Origin: Octopus vulgaris
Lineage: Eukaryota
NCBI GenBank assembly: GCA_951406725.2
Contig: OX597815.1
Coordinates: forward strand, 79,360,001-79,424,000
Direction: 5' to 3'
Length of the DNA stretch: 64,000 nucleotides
Shown: positions 52,260-64,000 of the stretch, in pieces
Layout: the number at the start of each line of letters is the position of its first letter
Position numbering within the stretch: position 1 is the first letter of the stretch
The notes under the pieces: generated by a model
Seen by the model: the letters and a program-made list of their open reading frames with translations, nothing else
Told to the model about the DNA's origin: nothing
Database searches by the model: none
Made by a program: the position numbers and the translations under genes

Positions 52260-52471
52260 TTAACCCTTTCGTTATCAACCTGCCTCAAACTGGCTGTGGC
52301 TCTGTAATACAAATATCTTGTTTTCATAAGTTTTGAATTAAAATCTTCCACCAAATCTTAGTCATAATTTATGTTCCTAACACTAGCTTAATGATAACTA
52401 AGTTATTTTACTAAATTCTTTGTTATATTTAAAATAACTGAAAGTAACACAGAGCATCTCAAAAAGGTTAA
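52260..52471. mobile_element. piggyBac-like MITE, copy 1
   Basis: TTAA-CCCTTTCGTTA ... AAAGG-TTAA; body nearly identical to 62267-62495. Confidence 0.8.
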
Positions 52472-52809
52472 ACAAGTTAAAGTATCATGTGCTTTATATT
52501 TCTGATTTCAAACCATACTAAAGCTATATTTGCCTTTCGTTCTTCTTAGTTTTATAAAATAAATATCAGTAATATAAAACAATAGAAATATACTACAGTC
52601 TTTAATTGAATGCTACAGCACTACAGGAATCTTCTTCGGTAAATAGCATACCAAGGACTAGTCAACCTAGTGCAACCTATGCACATCATGCTATTTATAA
52701 CAGCTCAAAACCAAAAGCATAAGATGTAACTGGAATGAAAAACTTCAACCAGGAATCAAACAAAGTTAGATTAAACTTAGCTCACCAGAATCCTTACAGT
52801 GTAGAGGGA

Positions 52810-52897
52810 GTCCATACAGACATTCTTACAATGTGGACAGTATCCAAACAGACATTCTTGCAATGTCAACAGTGTCCATACTGACATTCTTACACTG
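52810..52897. repeat. ~32 bp tandem repeat, ~2.7 copies
   Basis: TCCATACAGACATTCTTACAATG unit repeated with variation. Confidence 0.75.
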
Positions 52898-53639
52898 ATG
52901 GTCATAGTACAATGACTAAATGTCATTTTTGTAACAAGTTAAACAAAATCAATATTATCCACATCATACATGGGGTTGAAGGGCTATTTACAACAGATCA
53001 GATATTATATGGTACCTAGTCTGGTGCTTCATGTTTCTTAAGTCTAAGGTGTAGTACAATCAGAGGTAGGTTAGTATTGATAGCTTTCATGCAGCCTGCT
53101 GCGGCATGGTTTAAATTCATGATCATGAGGGTTAGTTGCCCAGAATCTTAACATTGAAGTTTTTACTGAGTTATCAGGAATGCAATAAATTATGATCTGC
53201 AATGATTTTGGTCTACATTTTTTAGGTGGGTAAAATGAAAAAAGGTGAATCAGAAGTCAATAAGGTGTTGCATTTTCCATAAGCATTAAGCTGAAATCTA
53301 CTACTACACATTTTTTGCAGTAACTAAGCTTGGAAACATATTTTATACATACTTCAGTTTAACTAGCAGACAGGAATATATAGTAGTGGTTTTAACAATG
53401 TTACCAACAACAGGATGCTAGTATTCTTTTGAGGGAGAACGTTTATTTTTCTTTAACTAAGTGCCATGAAACAGGAGATGAGCTATGCATTGACCCTTAC
53501 AAGTTCTTTGAGGGTTTTAATGTCACTTTTATTCTTTAAGTTAACACTTAAAGAAAATGTAACAACAATAATCTCACCAAGAAATGCACACCCATACACA
53601 TATGAACTAATAAGGAGAAAAAAATTGGAAAATACTTAC

Positions 53640-53778
53640 CATTCAGTCCCTGATCTTTCCCATTTTCATCTGTATAGGTATAGTTTTCAAGGCTGCGTAA
53701 ATCATACAAGTGTTCCCGTGAACTGGTGACCACTCTTTCTGAACCATTCTTCACTAGGTAGGATAGCAACAGCAGAGA
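53640..53778 (-). CDS. CLINT1: CLINT1/epsinR coding exon (ENTH domain)
   Basis: SLLLLSYLVKNGSERVVTSSREHLYDLRSLENYTYTDENGKDQGLN(V). Acceptor TTCTTTGTCCAG| (phase 0), donor G|GTAAGT (phase 1); 139 nt, in frame with the previous exon. Confidence 0.95.
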
Positions 53779-54088
53779 CTGGACAAAGAAAGATAGAAAA
53801 TAATACATGTAATATTAAATGTGAAGGAAGTGGAAGGGACAATGACAACAACCTACAAACATGTTTCAATGAAAAGAAAAACACTGGCTGTATGTGTGCA
53901 TGCATGAATATGCATGCATTTTTAAAAGTTAGTCAGAAGAACAGAAGTGCCTATTGCCTTGGCAAGCTTCCCTTTGGTTATATTATTGTGGCTGATGTTC
54001 ATCTTGAATAGTTGTAGGTTGTCAGTGTGAGGTGCAGGATAACTAAGAATACTGGACACAAACAACATGATATCTTGTTGGTCCACTG

Positions 54089-54151
54089 TTTCACTGAATC
54101 TTAACTTACTTTCACGTAATCTTAACTTGCTTTCACTTAATCTTAACTCAC
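54089..54151. repeat. 21 bp tandem repeat x3
   Basis: TTTCACTGAATCTTAACTTAC / TTTCACGTAATCTTAACTTGC / TTTCACTTAATCTTAACTCAC. Confidence 0.85.
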
Positions 54152-54776
54152 TGCTAATCATAGGCTTCCTGTGAAAGGCTGTTGCTGTTGTTGAGAAATC
54201 AAATAGCAGAAAATGATCCAGTGGCTAAGGTGTTCAGGACTTGTATTGTGTATGAGAATATTCTCTGACAGCATGTGAATTGGTTCCTTAGTTTAAGGAT
54301 TAAATAGATCCTGTGACTTAAGCTCAAGAAATCAGAAGACTAGCAGATCAAACTGTAAATAAACCAACAGAAGTCAATGAAAAACCACTGTCATATCTTT
54401 CCCCCAAAATATCAGGAATATTAAGATGTTGGCATGACAGTCCATGATTACCAATACCTGTAGGTATGGAACATGTAGGGAGCATCATAAAATAGTTGGA
54501 GAGTGTTTATACAGAATGTCTCACATTAGATCTTAGCAGTCATTGTCTTCTTTTTCTTTTCTTTTGTGTGTGTGTTGCCTTATGAATTAGTAATTAAAAT
54601 ATGCATTCTCTACTTTCAAAGACAATTTAGAGTAATCCAGTTTCTACCAATTCTATTTATTGAAATTATACACATACATAATAACACTAAATATTAAAGA
54701 ATAAATTTCTATGAAAAGTGTCACAGAGATGTAAAATTGTTTTTTTTTCTAATTAATCTTAATCCTGAAATTTTAC

Positions 54777-54978
54777 CTTATATACTCGTCGCCAGTTCTT
54801 CTTGTTATCATGCAACATTCGTTTCCAAAGCATGCCCATTACTTCCGGGAAATGTTCGTATGTAAATGTGTACTGTGCAATTTCACCCATTAGCGAGCCA
54901 TGTGGACCCCAAGCATCATCATTTGTGGCTTCTCGTACTTTAGCCTCGACATCAGAATAGTTCATCACCACATTGGTG
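54777..54978 (-). CDS. CLINT1: Clathrin interactor 1 / epsinR, internal coding exon (ENTH domain N-half)
   Basis: Translates TNVVMNYSDVEAKVREATNDDAWGPHGSLMGEIAQYTFTYEHFPEVMGMLWKRMLHDNKKNWRRVYK, closely matching the epsinR/CLINT1 ENTH domain. Acceptor TTTTCTACAG| (phase 2), donor |GTAAAA (phase 0); 202 nt. Confidence 0.95.
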
Positions 54979-55119
54979 CTGTAGAAAATAAATTGAAAAA
55001 TGACAAATAAATCTTAAATATTGGATTTGAAAATGGTTGATTATTATTATTCATATACACACTACAGATTGGACTGCTGGAAAAGAAAAATTCCTAACAT
55101 CGGGCTACAACAAGTAACC

Positions 55120-56410
55120 TTAGATCCCAAGAACCCTCTTAAGTATCCTAGCTGTCCCTAATAACACTGTTTTCTGGAGCTATACTAAACTGGGTTTTAT
55201 GCCTATTTCCTCTATTCACCTGTTCAAATCTTTGAGGATAGTTCCTAATGCACCTATAACTACTGGGATACATTTTACCTGCACTCTCCATAGTCACCAT
55301 AATTCAATGACTAGGTCCTGGTTCTTTGCTATTTTTTCTACACCTCACATATTGATTTTTTCATCATTTGGGACTGTAAAGTCAATTATCTGGCACTTTC
55401 TATTCTATTTATCTACTACTAAATCAGGCCTTCTAGCGTCTATTACCCAGTCCGTCTGAATGTTAAAGTGTCACAACATTTCTTAGTTTTTAGTACTTTG
55501 CTAGGTTGATGTGCATACCATTTATCAGTTTGGTCAAATCCTAGCTTTCTACATAATTCCCAGTGGATTACTCTCCCTAGGTTATCATGTCTTTTCTTGT
55601 ATTCTTTCTGTGCCAGCATGCTACATTCACTTAGTATATGAGAAACACTTTCCTCTTTTGATGTGCATAACCTACATTGGGAGTTTACTTTGCTTTTGTC
55701 AAACCAATTAGTCCTTAACACTTGATCTTATGCTGCTACTAACAAACTTTCTGTCTCCCTTTCCAGCCTTCCTTTCTGCAACCATAACCACTTCTCACTA
55801 CTACTATTTGCTGCAAATATCTTTGAGAATCTACAATGCAGAGCCTTCTTCTGCCAGTCAGATAACTTTTGTTCTTTTTTCTGGATTTTAACTTCGCTTG
55901 GATTTTTGATTTCCCCATTTTGATGTGACTAGCAGTTCTTAAACTTTCTTCATTATTACCTACATAGTAGTCTATATCTACTCTAGCTAACTCCATGCAA
56001 TCTTCTACTGATATTAACCTTCTTCTACCTTCCTTTCTAGGTAAGTATAATCTTGCTACTCCTGCCCTTGGGGAGTCCTCTATTCATATTGAATTCCTTC
56101 CTAGTTCTTCTGTCTAGCTTTACTAATTCAGTTTTTGTACAATCTACAAAAGCTGTTGAGTATCTAAGTAATGATACTGCCCAAGTACTTAAAGCCTTCG
56201 CTAGATTCAGACCATTTAGCTTTCATTTCATTAGCTTCTTCACCCTTCTGATGTACTCCTCAGTTTTAGCTTTCATTTCTATAGTTAGTACTTTATCAGA
56301 TTCTAATACTCCTAAATACTTATATCTCTCTCCTTCTTTCAATGATTTTAATGCCTGGCCATCTGGTAATTGGAATGCCTTCACTGTTGACTATCTGTCC
56401 CCTTTTCATG
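55120..56410 (-). mobile_element. R4/Dong-like RLE non-LTR retrotransposon, 5'-truncated
   Basis: CRLCTSKEESVSHILSECSMLAQKEYKKRHDNLGRVIHWELC (CCHC + RHD), IPVVIGALG, YKYLGVLE and LYLPRKEGRR. (TAA)n near both ends (55041, 56417). Confidence 0.85.
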
Positions 56411-56429
56411 ACAAATTATTATTATTATT

Positions 56430-56840
56430 ATTCTACTATATGGCTCAGAAACCTGGACGTTATCAAAGAAGCTTGAGAGGCGGTTGGATGGAACCTACAC
56501 TTGCCTCCTTATGAAAGCTCAAAATCTCTCGTGGAAGCGCCATCCAACCAAAATGCAAATATATGGGAAACTACCACCTGTGTCATCTCTTGTGAAAAGT
56601 AGGAGAGTCCAGTTTGCTGGACATTGTTGTAGAGCTGAAAAAGAGGTAATTTCTACTCTTCTCCTCTGGAAGCCATCTACTCGCAATACCAGAGGGCACA
56701 CACTCTCCTACCCTGATGTAATCTCCAGGGATACAGGCATCCAGCAACAGGACCTCTGTAATGCCATGATGGACCATGAAGTCTGGCATAGCATGGTAAA
56801 TTCCATTGTCTTGACCACAGTCGAACAATGATGTTGATGA
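56430..56840 (+). mobile_element. RTE-like LINE 3' fragment
   Basis: LYGSETWTLSKKLERRLDGTYTCLL...RRVQFAGHCCR...DHEVW, ending in a (TGA)-type tail. Confidence 0.75.
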
Positions 56841-57244
56841 TTATTATTTTGTTCTTTGATTTTCTTTCAATATTGATATATAATGTTAATGAGGTTAAAG
56901 TGCTACATCATTATCACCTGGTCATCAGGTAATAGCCTTATTACTATTAATATGTCTCAATGTATAAGATAAAAGCTGTAATTCTGCTTGCTTCAGTTTG
57001 CCTAGATAACAACAGGTTACGTCTTCCATTTCTCAGGTTTAGTAGTAAGAGGAGCTTTCAAGAGTAAAATTAATAATATCTAAAAATCTGGTATATGCAA
57101 TAGGGGCTATATTTAATTAAGATAACCCTCTGCATATCATGCTTATGTATATACATTGTTTACAGTCCAGTTACAGTAGATAACATTTCTTATGGATTTG
57201 GTGAGTTAAAAGCACAATAAATATCAGAGAGAGATGAAAACCCA

Positions 57245-57612
57245 TCTCAGTAGCAACCAACAAGAGTGCTGGATGCGTTTTGGCCTTTTCAATGGCCCTG
57301 CTCAATATGTAGAAAAAGGGTAGGTAGGAATTCCATTCAGTGTACCCAGTGAAAGCTATGGACACACATGAGATGCAGTGAAAACCAGGAAAGTTAACAG
57401 AGAAAGTAGTGTTTGTATGTGGAAGATGCACAGGAGCTATAAAGACTACAGATACACAGGAAGTTGGTTTTCTCATGGATAATTTCTGCTACCAAAGTAA
57501 CTTAATTTGCACTGGAGTGGGAAGTACTGAAAGTGTAATTGCTAGAATAAAAATAGAATGGAGAAAGTTCAGAGAGATTTTAGCTCTGTTGGCAACTAAA
57601 GGCCTCTCTCTC
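57245..57612 (+). mobile_element. RTE LINE internal fragment (same family as 12.7-13.1 kb)
   Basis: TGGCCCTGCTCAATATGTAGAAAA...VFVCGRCTGAI...SVIARIKIEWRKFREILALLATKGLSL. Confidence 0.75.
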
Positions 57613-59066
57613 CATATCTTACTCTCAAACTTACTCTCCTTTCTTTTCCAACAGAGGTATTCATGTATCTACAGCAAGACACCTATTTCTGTTCCTCTAT
57701 ATACCTTTAATCTCTCAAATGGCACAAAGGTAACCCCACTCAATACTACTTCCCCACCCATCTGAGGGGTTTTTGCATTTTTGTCTTGTAAAGTACTTGG
57801 TGACCCTGTTGGTAATGATGCAACATAAAAAGCTCTGGTGCTGGTGTCACTTAAAAGCATTGGTGCTGATGCCACATAAAAAAGCACTCATTATACTCTG
57901 TAAAGTGGTTGGCATTAGGAATGACATCCAACAGTAAAACCATGCCAAAACAGACAATGGAACTAGGTACAGCTCCCAGCTTTGCCAGCTCATCAAACTG
58001 TCCAGCCCATGCCAACATGGAAAATGGATGTTAAATAATGATGATATACTCAACCAGCTACATGCTCAGGGCATGCACACAGCAAGTTCAACAGGGATGT
58101 TATCTCATGACAAATACTGAAGTAACTGATCTATCAACAGTGTGTATACATTAAGTATGATACACAGATGGCTATCTTAAGAAATTTATAAAACCATTCA
58201 TTCAAACAAATAACTATCTTATACATTTTAACAGATGGAACTAATCTTATAATGTTTCTGAATACTTGGTCATAGTGCTAGCCATCTTATCCACAATCTA
58301 GTATAAATGAAATCTCATCAGTCTGGCACACTGGGTCAATGAATCTTTCCTGGCAAACTGATTACCCCTCTAAACACACTACATGCAGATGGATATAGTG
58401 CTTATGAGGCTTGCCAAATCACTAAAGTTATATCAAAACAGTGTTTCCCAACCAGGTGGCTATTGACAGTGCCTAAAACATTCAGGAACATATCAGCAAC
58501 ATAACGCACAAAAAAAATCACCATAATTTAAGAATGTTGAAAACAGAAAAATAAGCCTCTTGAATTTCTAGAAGTAAATTAAGCAGAAGTTTCCACAAAT
58601 TATATTTCTGGATTTGGGTGTGCTGTATTTGAAAAGAAATCCACCCACCAAACACACATACCACACAATACCAAATCACATAATTACATCATAATAATGT
58701 CAAACCTCAATGGAAAATAAGTTGGTGTTAGGGTCAGATGGAAATACACAGCTGTACACATTTCTTAAAAATGTAAGTATGAGAAACCCACCCCACCCTT
58801 GTCAAACTAGTGATTTTGATTGTGACTATTATCATAATAATTATTATTAATGTTTAACTTAAGATTACATAAACCACTTAAAGTGCAATGAATTAGAAGA
58901 GGAAGAATGATTTGAATGAGTTGAAAAATTTAAGGAGGAAATAGGGTAAAACCCAGGAATGATTAAGACATACTTAGGAAGAAATGCATGTTTGCTTGCT
59001 TATAAAAAAGTTGAATCAATACATCCCAACAACTTAATTGGTTAATAGAATAAAAAAAAGAATATG

Positions 59067-59125
<59 letters not shown>

Positions 59126-59671
59126 TTCAAATTTTGACACAAGGCCAGCAATTTGGGGGGAGGGTTAAGTCAATTAAATGGATCTCAGTATTCAATTGAT
59201 ACTTTATTAACCTCAGTTGAATTTGAGCTCAAAATGTAAAGAGCTGGAAGAAGTGCTGCTAAGCATTTTGCCTGGCATGCTATCGATTCTACCAGCTCAT
59301 AAATTTATATATATATATCTTTTATCTTTTACCCATTTCAGTCATTAGACTGCAGCCACACTGGGGCACTGCCTTGAAAAGTTTTTAGTCAAACAAATCA
59401 ACACCAGTACTTTTCTTTTAGGCTTGGCATTAATTCTATTAGGCCTTTTTGCCAAACTGCTAAGTTATGGGAATGTAAACAAACCAACACCAGTTTTCAA
59501 ACACAGACACAAAAATACACACACAAACACACACAAAAAGGTTTTGATCAGCCTGAGGTTACAGTGGAAAACACTTGCCCAAGGTGGCACAGAGTGGGAC
59601 TGAACCCAGAAACATGTGGTTGGGAAGCAAATTTCTTACTGCACAGCCATGCCTGTGCATATATATATATA

Positions 59672-60757
59672 TAGCCTGGGAAAAGTTCAGAGAGCTCCTA
59701 CTTCTGCTGGTGACAAAGGGCCTCTTGCTCAGAATAAAAGGTAGACTGTATGACATGTGTACGAACAGCCATGCTACATGGCAGTGAAACATGGGCCATG
59801 ACTGCTGAGGACATGTGTAAGCTCACAAGGAATGAAGCCAGTATGCTCTGCTGGATGTGTAATGTCAGTGTGCATACTCGACAGAGTGTAAGTGCCTTGA
59901 CAGAAAAGTTAGACCTAAGAAGCATCAGATGTGGTGAGCAAGAGAGACGACTGCACTGGTATGGTCATGTGGTGAGAATGGATGAGGATAGCTGTGTGAA
60001 AAAGTGTCACACCCTAGTGGTTAAGGGAACCCGTGGAAGAGGTAGACCCAGGAAGTGGTGAAGCACGACCTTCGAACATTAGGCCTCACTGAGGTAATGA
60101 CTAATGGCCGAGACCTTTGGAAATATGCTGTGCTTGAGAAGACCCGGCAAGCCAAGTGAGACCATAATCCCGTGGCCTATGCCAGTGGTGTAACCAGCCC
60201 ACTTATGTGTACCTTTCCTTCATTGAACACTAAACTCAGCTTGTGAAGACCTGTTGAGGTAAGTGAAATCGAAATCAAATTCAATGACAGCACTGCATGA
60301 CAGGCATCAGTTCTAGTGAAGTGCTAAGAAGACCATCCGAGCATGATTGTTGCCAGGGCTGCTGACTGGCTTCCATACTGGTGGCACGTAAAATGCACCA
60401 TTCGAGCATGATCGTTACCAGCATTGCCTTACTAGCACTTGTGCCAGTGGCATGTGAAAAACAACATTTGAGTGAGGTTGTTGCCAGTATTGCTTGACTG
60501 GCTCCTGTGCAGGTGGCACGTAAAAACACCATTTGAGCGTGGCTGTTGCCAGTACTGCCTGACTGGCCCCAATACCAGTGGCACGTAAAAGCACCCACTA
60601 CACTCTCGGAGTGGTGGGCGTTAGGAAGGACATCTAGCTGTAGAAACTCTGCCAGATCAGATTGGAGCCTGGTGCAGCCTCCTGGCTTGCCAGTCTTCAG
60701 ACAAACCATCCAACCCATGCCAACATGGAAAGCAGATGTTAAACGATGATGATGATA
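59672..60757 (+). mobile_element. RTE LINE 3' end with 3' UTR containing four ~65 bp tandem units and a (GAT)n tail
   Basis: CVRTAMLHGSETWAMT...RRLHWYGHVVRMDEDSCVKKC...RGRGRPRK; tandem units at 60333-60592. Confidence 0.88.
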
Positions 60758-62266
60758 TTTTATTATTATTATTATCATCATTATTATTAACAAACAAAAA
60801 ATGGAATATAAACTTTAAAAGCAATACAGTCTGACATTTCTATATTTCTGTGTGTTAAAGATAAAAATTGTGAAATGGAAAAATAATAGTGAATAATAAA
60901 GCTTTCAGAAACCATTTAATTCATTAACTAAAATATGTTATTTAAAATTATTGTTTATGTTTGCTAATGTAAAAAGCTTTATTTCGGAACCAAAAATATG
61001 TCAAATAACAGTAAAAGTCTTGGAATGATCACCTCTAAATTACACATAAAAAATTGTAAAAGTAAAGCAATTTGCACATCTTCAGTTTTTTTTTATTTGC
61101 TCTTTTTGTTTTTTTAATTCCTTGTTAGAGGGATGTACAAGCAGTTAAATGTTCATCATCACTTTCAAGACAGTTGGATATTATTTAATAGAGATGTGAT
61201 TGCTACTTTTACATAAGTGAAGCAACTGAATAGAGGCTCCCTTAAATGCTGGAAACAAAAAATGCAATATTAAATGAACGACAGTATTTAGCTTTCCTAT
61301 CAACTTAGGGTTCATATCCCACTGGAAATATTTTTTTGGTTTTTATTATGTTTGCGATGAAAGAGAAGCAGTAACGTATTTCGTCTATTAGAATAAAAAT
61401 ATAAAAGGACAACAAATTAGTAGAAACAGCAGAACACAAGACTCAATTCTGCTGATAAATTTAATCTCATCCTTCTATTATTCTAAGTTCAAATCTTGCT
61501 AGGATTGAATTTATCTTTTAATGTTTTAGGATCAATAAAATAAGTACTAACAATATATTAGGGTTCATTCAGTAACTGTGCAGCTATTTAGGGAAGACGG
61601 CATTGTGACTATGTGAGAAATCAATGTTAAATTGTTGACAAATAAAAAGAATAACTACTGAAGACTTTGACACATAGTGGAATCATATTGTTCACTAAAC
61701 CAATTATTCACGGGAAGAGAGATAGAGCCGATGAACTTAATACACCTTCCCAGATTCTTAAGATCAAAAGTTAAAATAAAGTTCATATAAAAGTATATAA
61801 TACAAAGATCTATTCTCATTTTGCTGCTTTATGCTATACTTGTAAATGTCTTTGTAATCTCTATTGAAGAACTTAATTGCTTACATATAGAGAGATATAT
61901 ACATATGTGCATATCCACAAGCATACATGTACAAATATATGAACATGCTCAAGCATACATACATATATATAAGCACAAGTATACATAGGAATAAAAATAC
62001 ATGTACACATATGAATATACATGCATTTGCACACATACATACAAATGTGCATATGCATGTTTGCACAAGAAAATATATAAGTATCAGCATATTTACTCAT
62101 CCACCTAGACACACATACATAAATGCAGTTTTTTAAATGCATCAGCTCAAACTAAAGGCCTTTGTGTCACTGGAGTTCGCAGGAAAACAAAAACGAAAAT
62201 ATTCTATGGACTGAGTTCTATGTCTTCAGTTTTTAAAGTGGACAAAATAATGGAAACATTACTTAT

Positions 62267-62495
62267 TTAATTCCTTCGATACCAACCCAGCTGAAACCAG
62301 CTCTGGCTCTGTAATACAAATGTCTTGTTTTCGTAAGTTTTGAATTAAAATCTTCCACCAAATCTTAGTCACAATTTATGTTCCTAACACTAGCTTAACG
62401 ATAACTAAGTTGTTCTACTAAATTCTTTGTTATATTTAAAATAATTGAAAGAAACACAGAGCATCTCAAAATAAATACAGTAACGAAAGGGTTAA
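62267..62495. mobile_element. piggyBac-like MITE, copy 2
   Basis: TTAA-TTCCTTCGATAC ... GTAACGAAAGGG-TTAA; homologous to 52260-52471. Confidence 0.8.
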
Positions 62496-62649
62496 CTAGT
62501 AATATGACAAATTCAAAAAAGTTATAGTCTATATATATACGTGTTCACATGCATTATGTATACCTTGTACATGATGAGATAACCTTCTGTTTTTCTTTTC
62601 CTTTTTATTATTTATTTATTTATTTTTGCAGATATTTAAAGAAGTTAAA

Positions 62650-62970
62650 ATGTATGACCTATCAGATTTTCAAAGAGGATAAATTGTTGGAGTGTGGCTG
62701 GTTGGAACATCACCCACTAAAACTACTGAATTGTTTAATGTTTCAAGCAGTACAGTCTCTAAAATTATGCCAATATTCCAAAAAGAAAGTAAAACAAACT
62801 CCGGCAAGCATAATTCTGGACAGAATGCTAAGTTCATAGAGAGGAACTGCAGAATAGTGTAACATATTGTGTCTAAAAACCATTGAACTACAGCAGTAAA
62901 AGTGACAGCAGAGCTAAACAACCACTTTACCAACCCAATGTCAACCAAAGTCATTCATCATGAGCTCCAT
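62650..62970 (+). mobile_element. Tc1-like transposase N-terminal (HTH) fragment
   Basis: DLSDFQRG*IVGVWLVGTSPTKTTELFNVSSSTVSKIM...TTAVKVTAELNNHFTNPMSTKVIHHELH. Confidence 0.7.
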
Positions 62971-63294
62971 GGAAGACTACAAATTGGTAGAATCAGACCA
63001 TCAACTAGAATGCCTTGCAGTATTTATCTCAGACCTCAGCACTCTGAGTTCAAATCTTCCTGAGTTCAACTTTACCTTTGGGAGTCCATAAATAAAGTAA
63101 CAAACTGTATATGACAGTTACAAATGGTTGGGCTGATTTAGCTTGGGAATTTCATTAAGGGTATAGAGATTTGTGGAAATTCATTTGCTTGCTTGTTAAT
63201 TTCACAAACGGAAGTTCAGTTGCTCTAACAACTGAATGTCTATTTCCAAAGGTTATGAAGAATCCACCACAGCAAGCATGTGTGTGTGTGTGAG

Positions 63295-63506
63295 TAAAAA
63301 GCACTGGTGTCATGTAAAAAGCACTGGTGCTGGTGCCGCATAAAAAGCACTGGTGCTGGTGCCACATAAAAAGTACTGGTGCTTGTGCCATGTAAAAAGC
63401 ATTGGTGCTGGTGCCATGTAAAAAGCATTGGTGCTGGTGCCATGTAAAAAGCACTGGTGATAGTGCTATGTAAAAAGCACTGGTAATGGTGCAATGTAAA
63501 AAGCAC
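63295..63506. repeat. 26 bp minisatellite (~8 copies) within a SINE family C copy extending to ~63670
   Basis: Unit TAAAAAGCACTGGTGCTGGTGCCATG with variants, no unique spacers. Confidence 0.9.
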
Positions 63507-64000
63507 CCACTACACACTGTAAAATGATTAGCATTAAGAAGGACATTCAACCATAGAAACCAAACCAAAACAGACCATGGAACCTGATGTGATACTTGCT
63601 GTTGCCAGTTCCTATCAAGTCATCCAACCCATGGCGGCATGGAAAACACATTAAATGGTGATGATGATAATAATGGAAACCTATACATATGTAAACCTAT
63701 AATTATATGCACAAGCATACATCTATACACTTCATATATATATATGCATACACAAACACATACATATGTATATGAGCACACACACACACACATACATACA
63801 TACATACATACATACATACATACATACATACATACATACATACATACATACATACATACATACATACATACATACATACAAAAGACAAGTAAATTCAGCA
63901 AGCTGAAGGTTGTTAGACACCAGATGGCCGTGTGAATAAAATTGCAGAGAAACATCAACGTAACATAACATCAGTCTAAACACGTGTTTGTGTTTCAGTG

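Noticed and set aside
56053-56514. Longest ORF on the plus strand (153 aa)
   Set aside because: It is the antisense of the Dong/R4-like RT running into an RTE fragment, not a host gene.
60333-60592. Repeat-spacer-like ~65 bp periodicity
   Set aside because: The whole unit is homologous between copies; it is part of an RTE 3' UTR.
63295-63506. CRISPR-like array of short hairpin repeats
   Set aside because: Units are contiguous 26-mers without unique spacers, lie inside a SINE, and the context is eukaryotic with no cas genes.

Overview
AT-rich, microsatellite- and SINE-dense eukaryotic DNA; the repeat families look like coleoid cephalopod (Octopus-like), which is an inference. The only supportable host gene is a minus-strand clathrin interactor 1 / epsinR (CLINT1) homologue. 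Four phase-compatible GT-AG exons (54978-54777, 53778-53640, 35470-35339, 32884-32698) encode its ENTH domain and the acidic region after it; the first exon and later exons were not found. The rest is probably intronic and holds decayed RTE and R4/Dong-like non-LTR elements, Tc1/mariner/maT fossils, piggyBac-like MITEs, a Helitron-like element, several SINE families and a 5'-truncated tRNA-Gly(TCC) fused to a SINE. The most striking signal is a recurring architecture: fold-back (palindromic) elements set in (TA)n tracts, with one arm extended by a unique tail (2.4, 3.6-4.6, 6.0-7.1, 7.1-7.8, 7.9-8.2 and 40.4-40.65 kb). Several carry minimal type I hammerhead ribozyme motifs with palindromic helix III on both strands. 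One retains the C-terminus of a Penelope-like GIY-YIG endonuclease, pointing to Penelope-derived, ribozyme-bearing hairpin mini-elements. All alignments and folds were done by eye; repeat boundaries are approximate.
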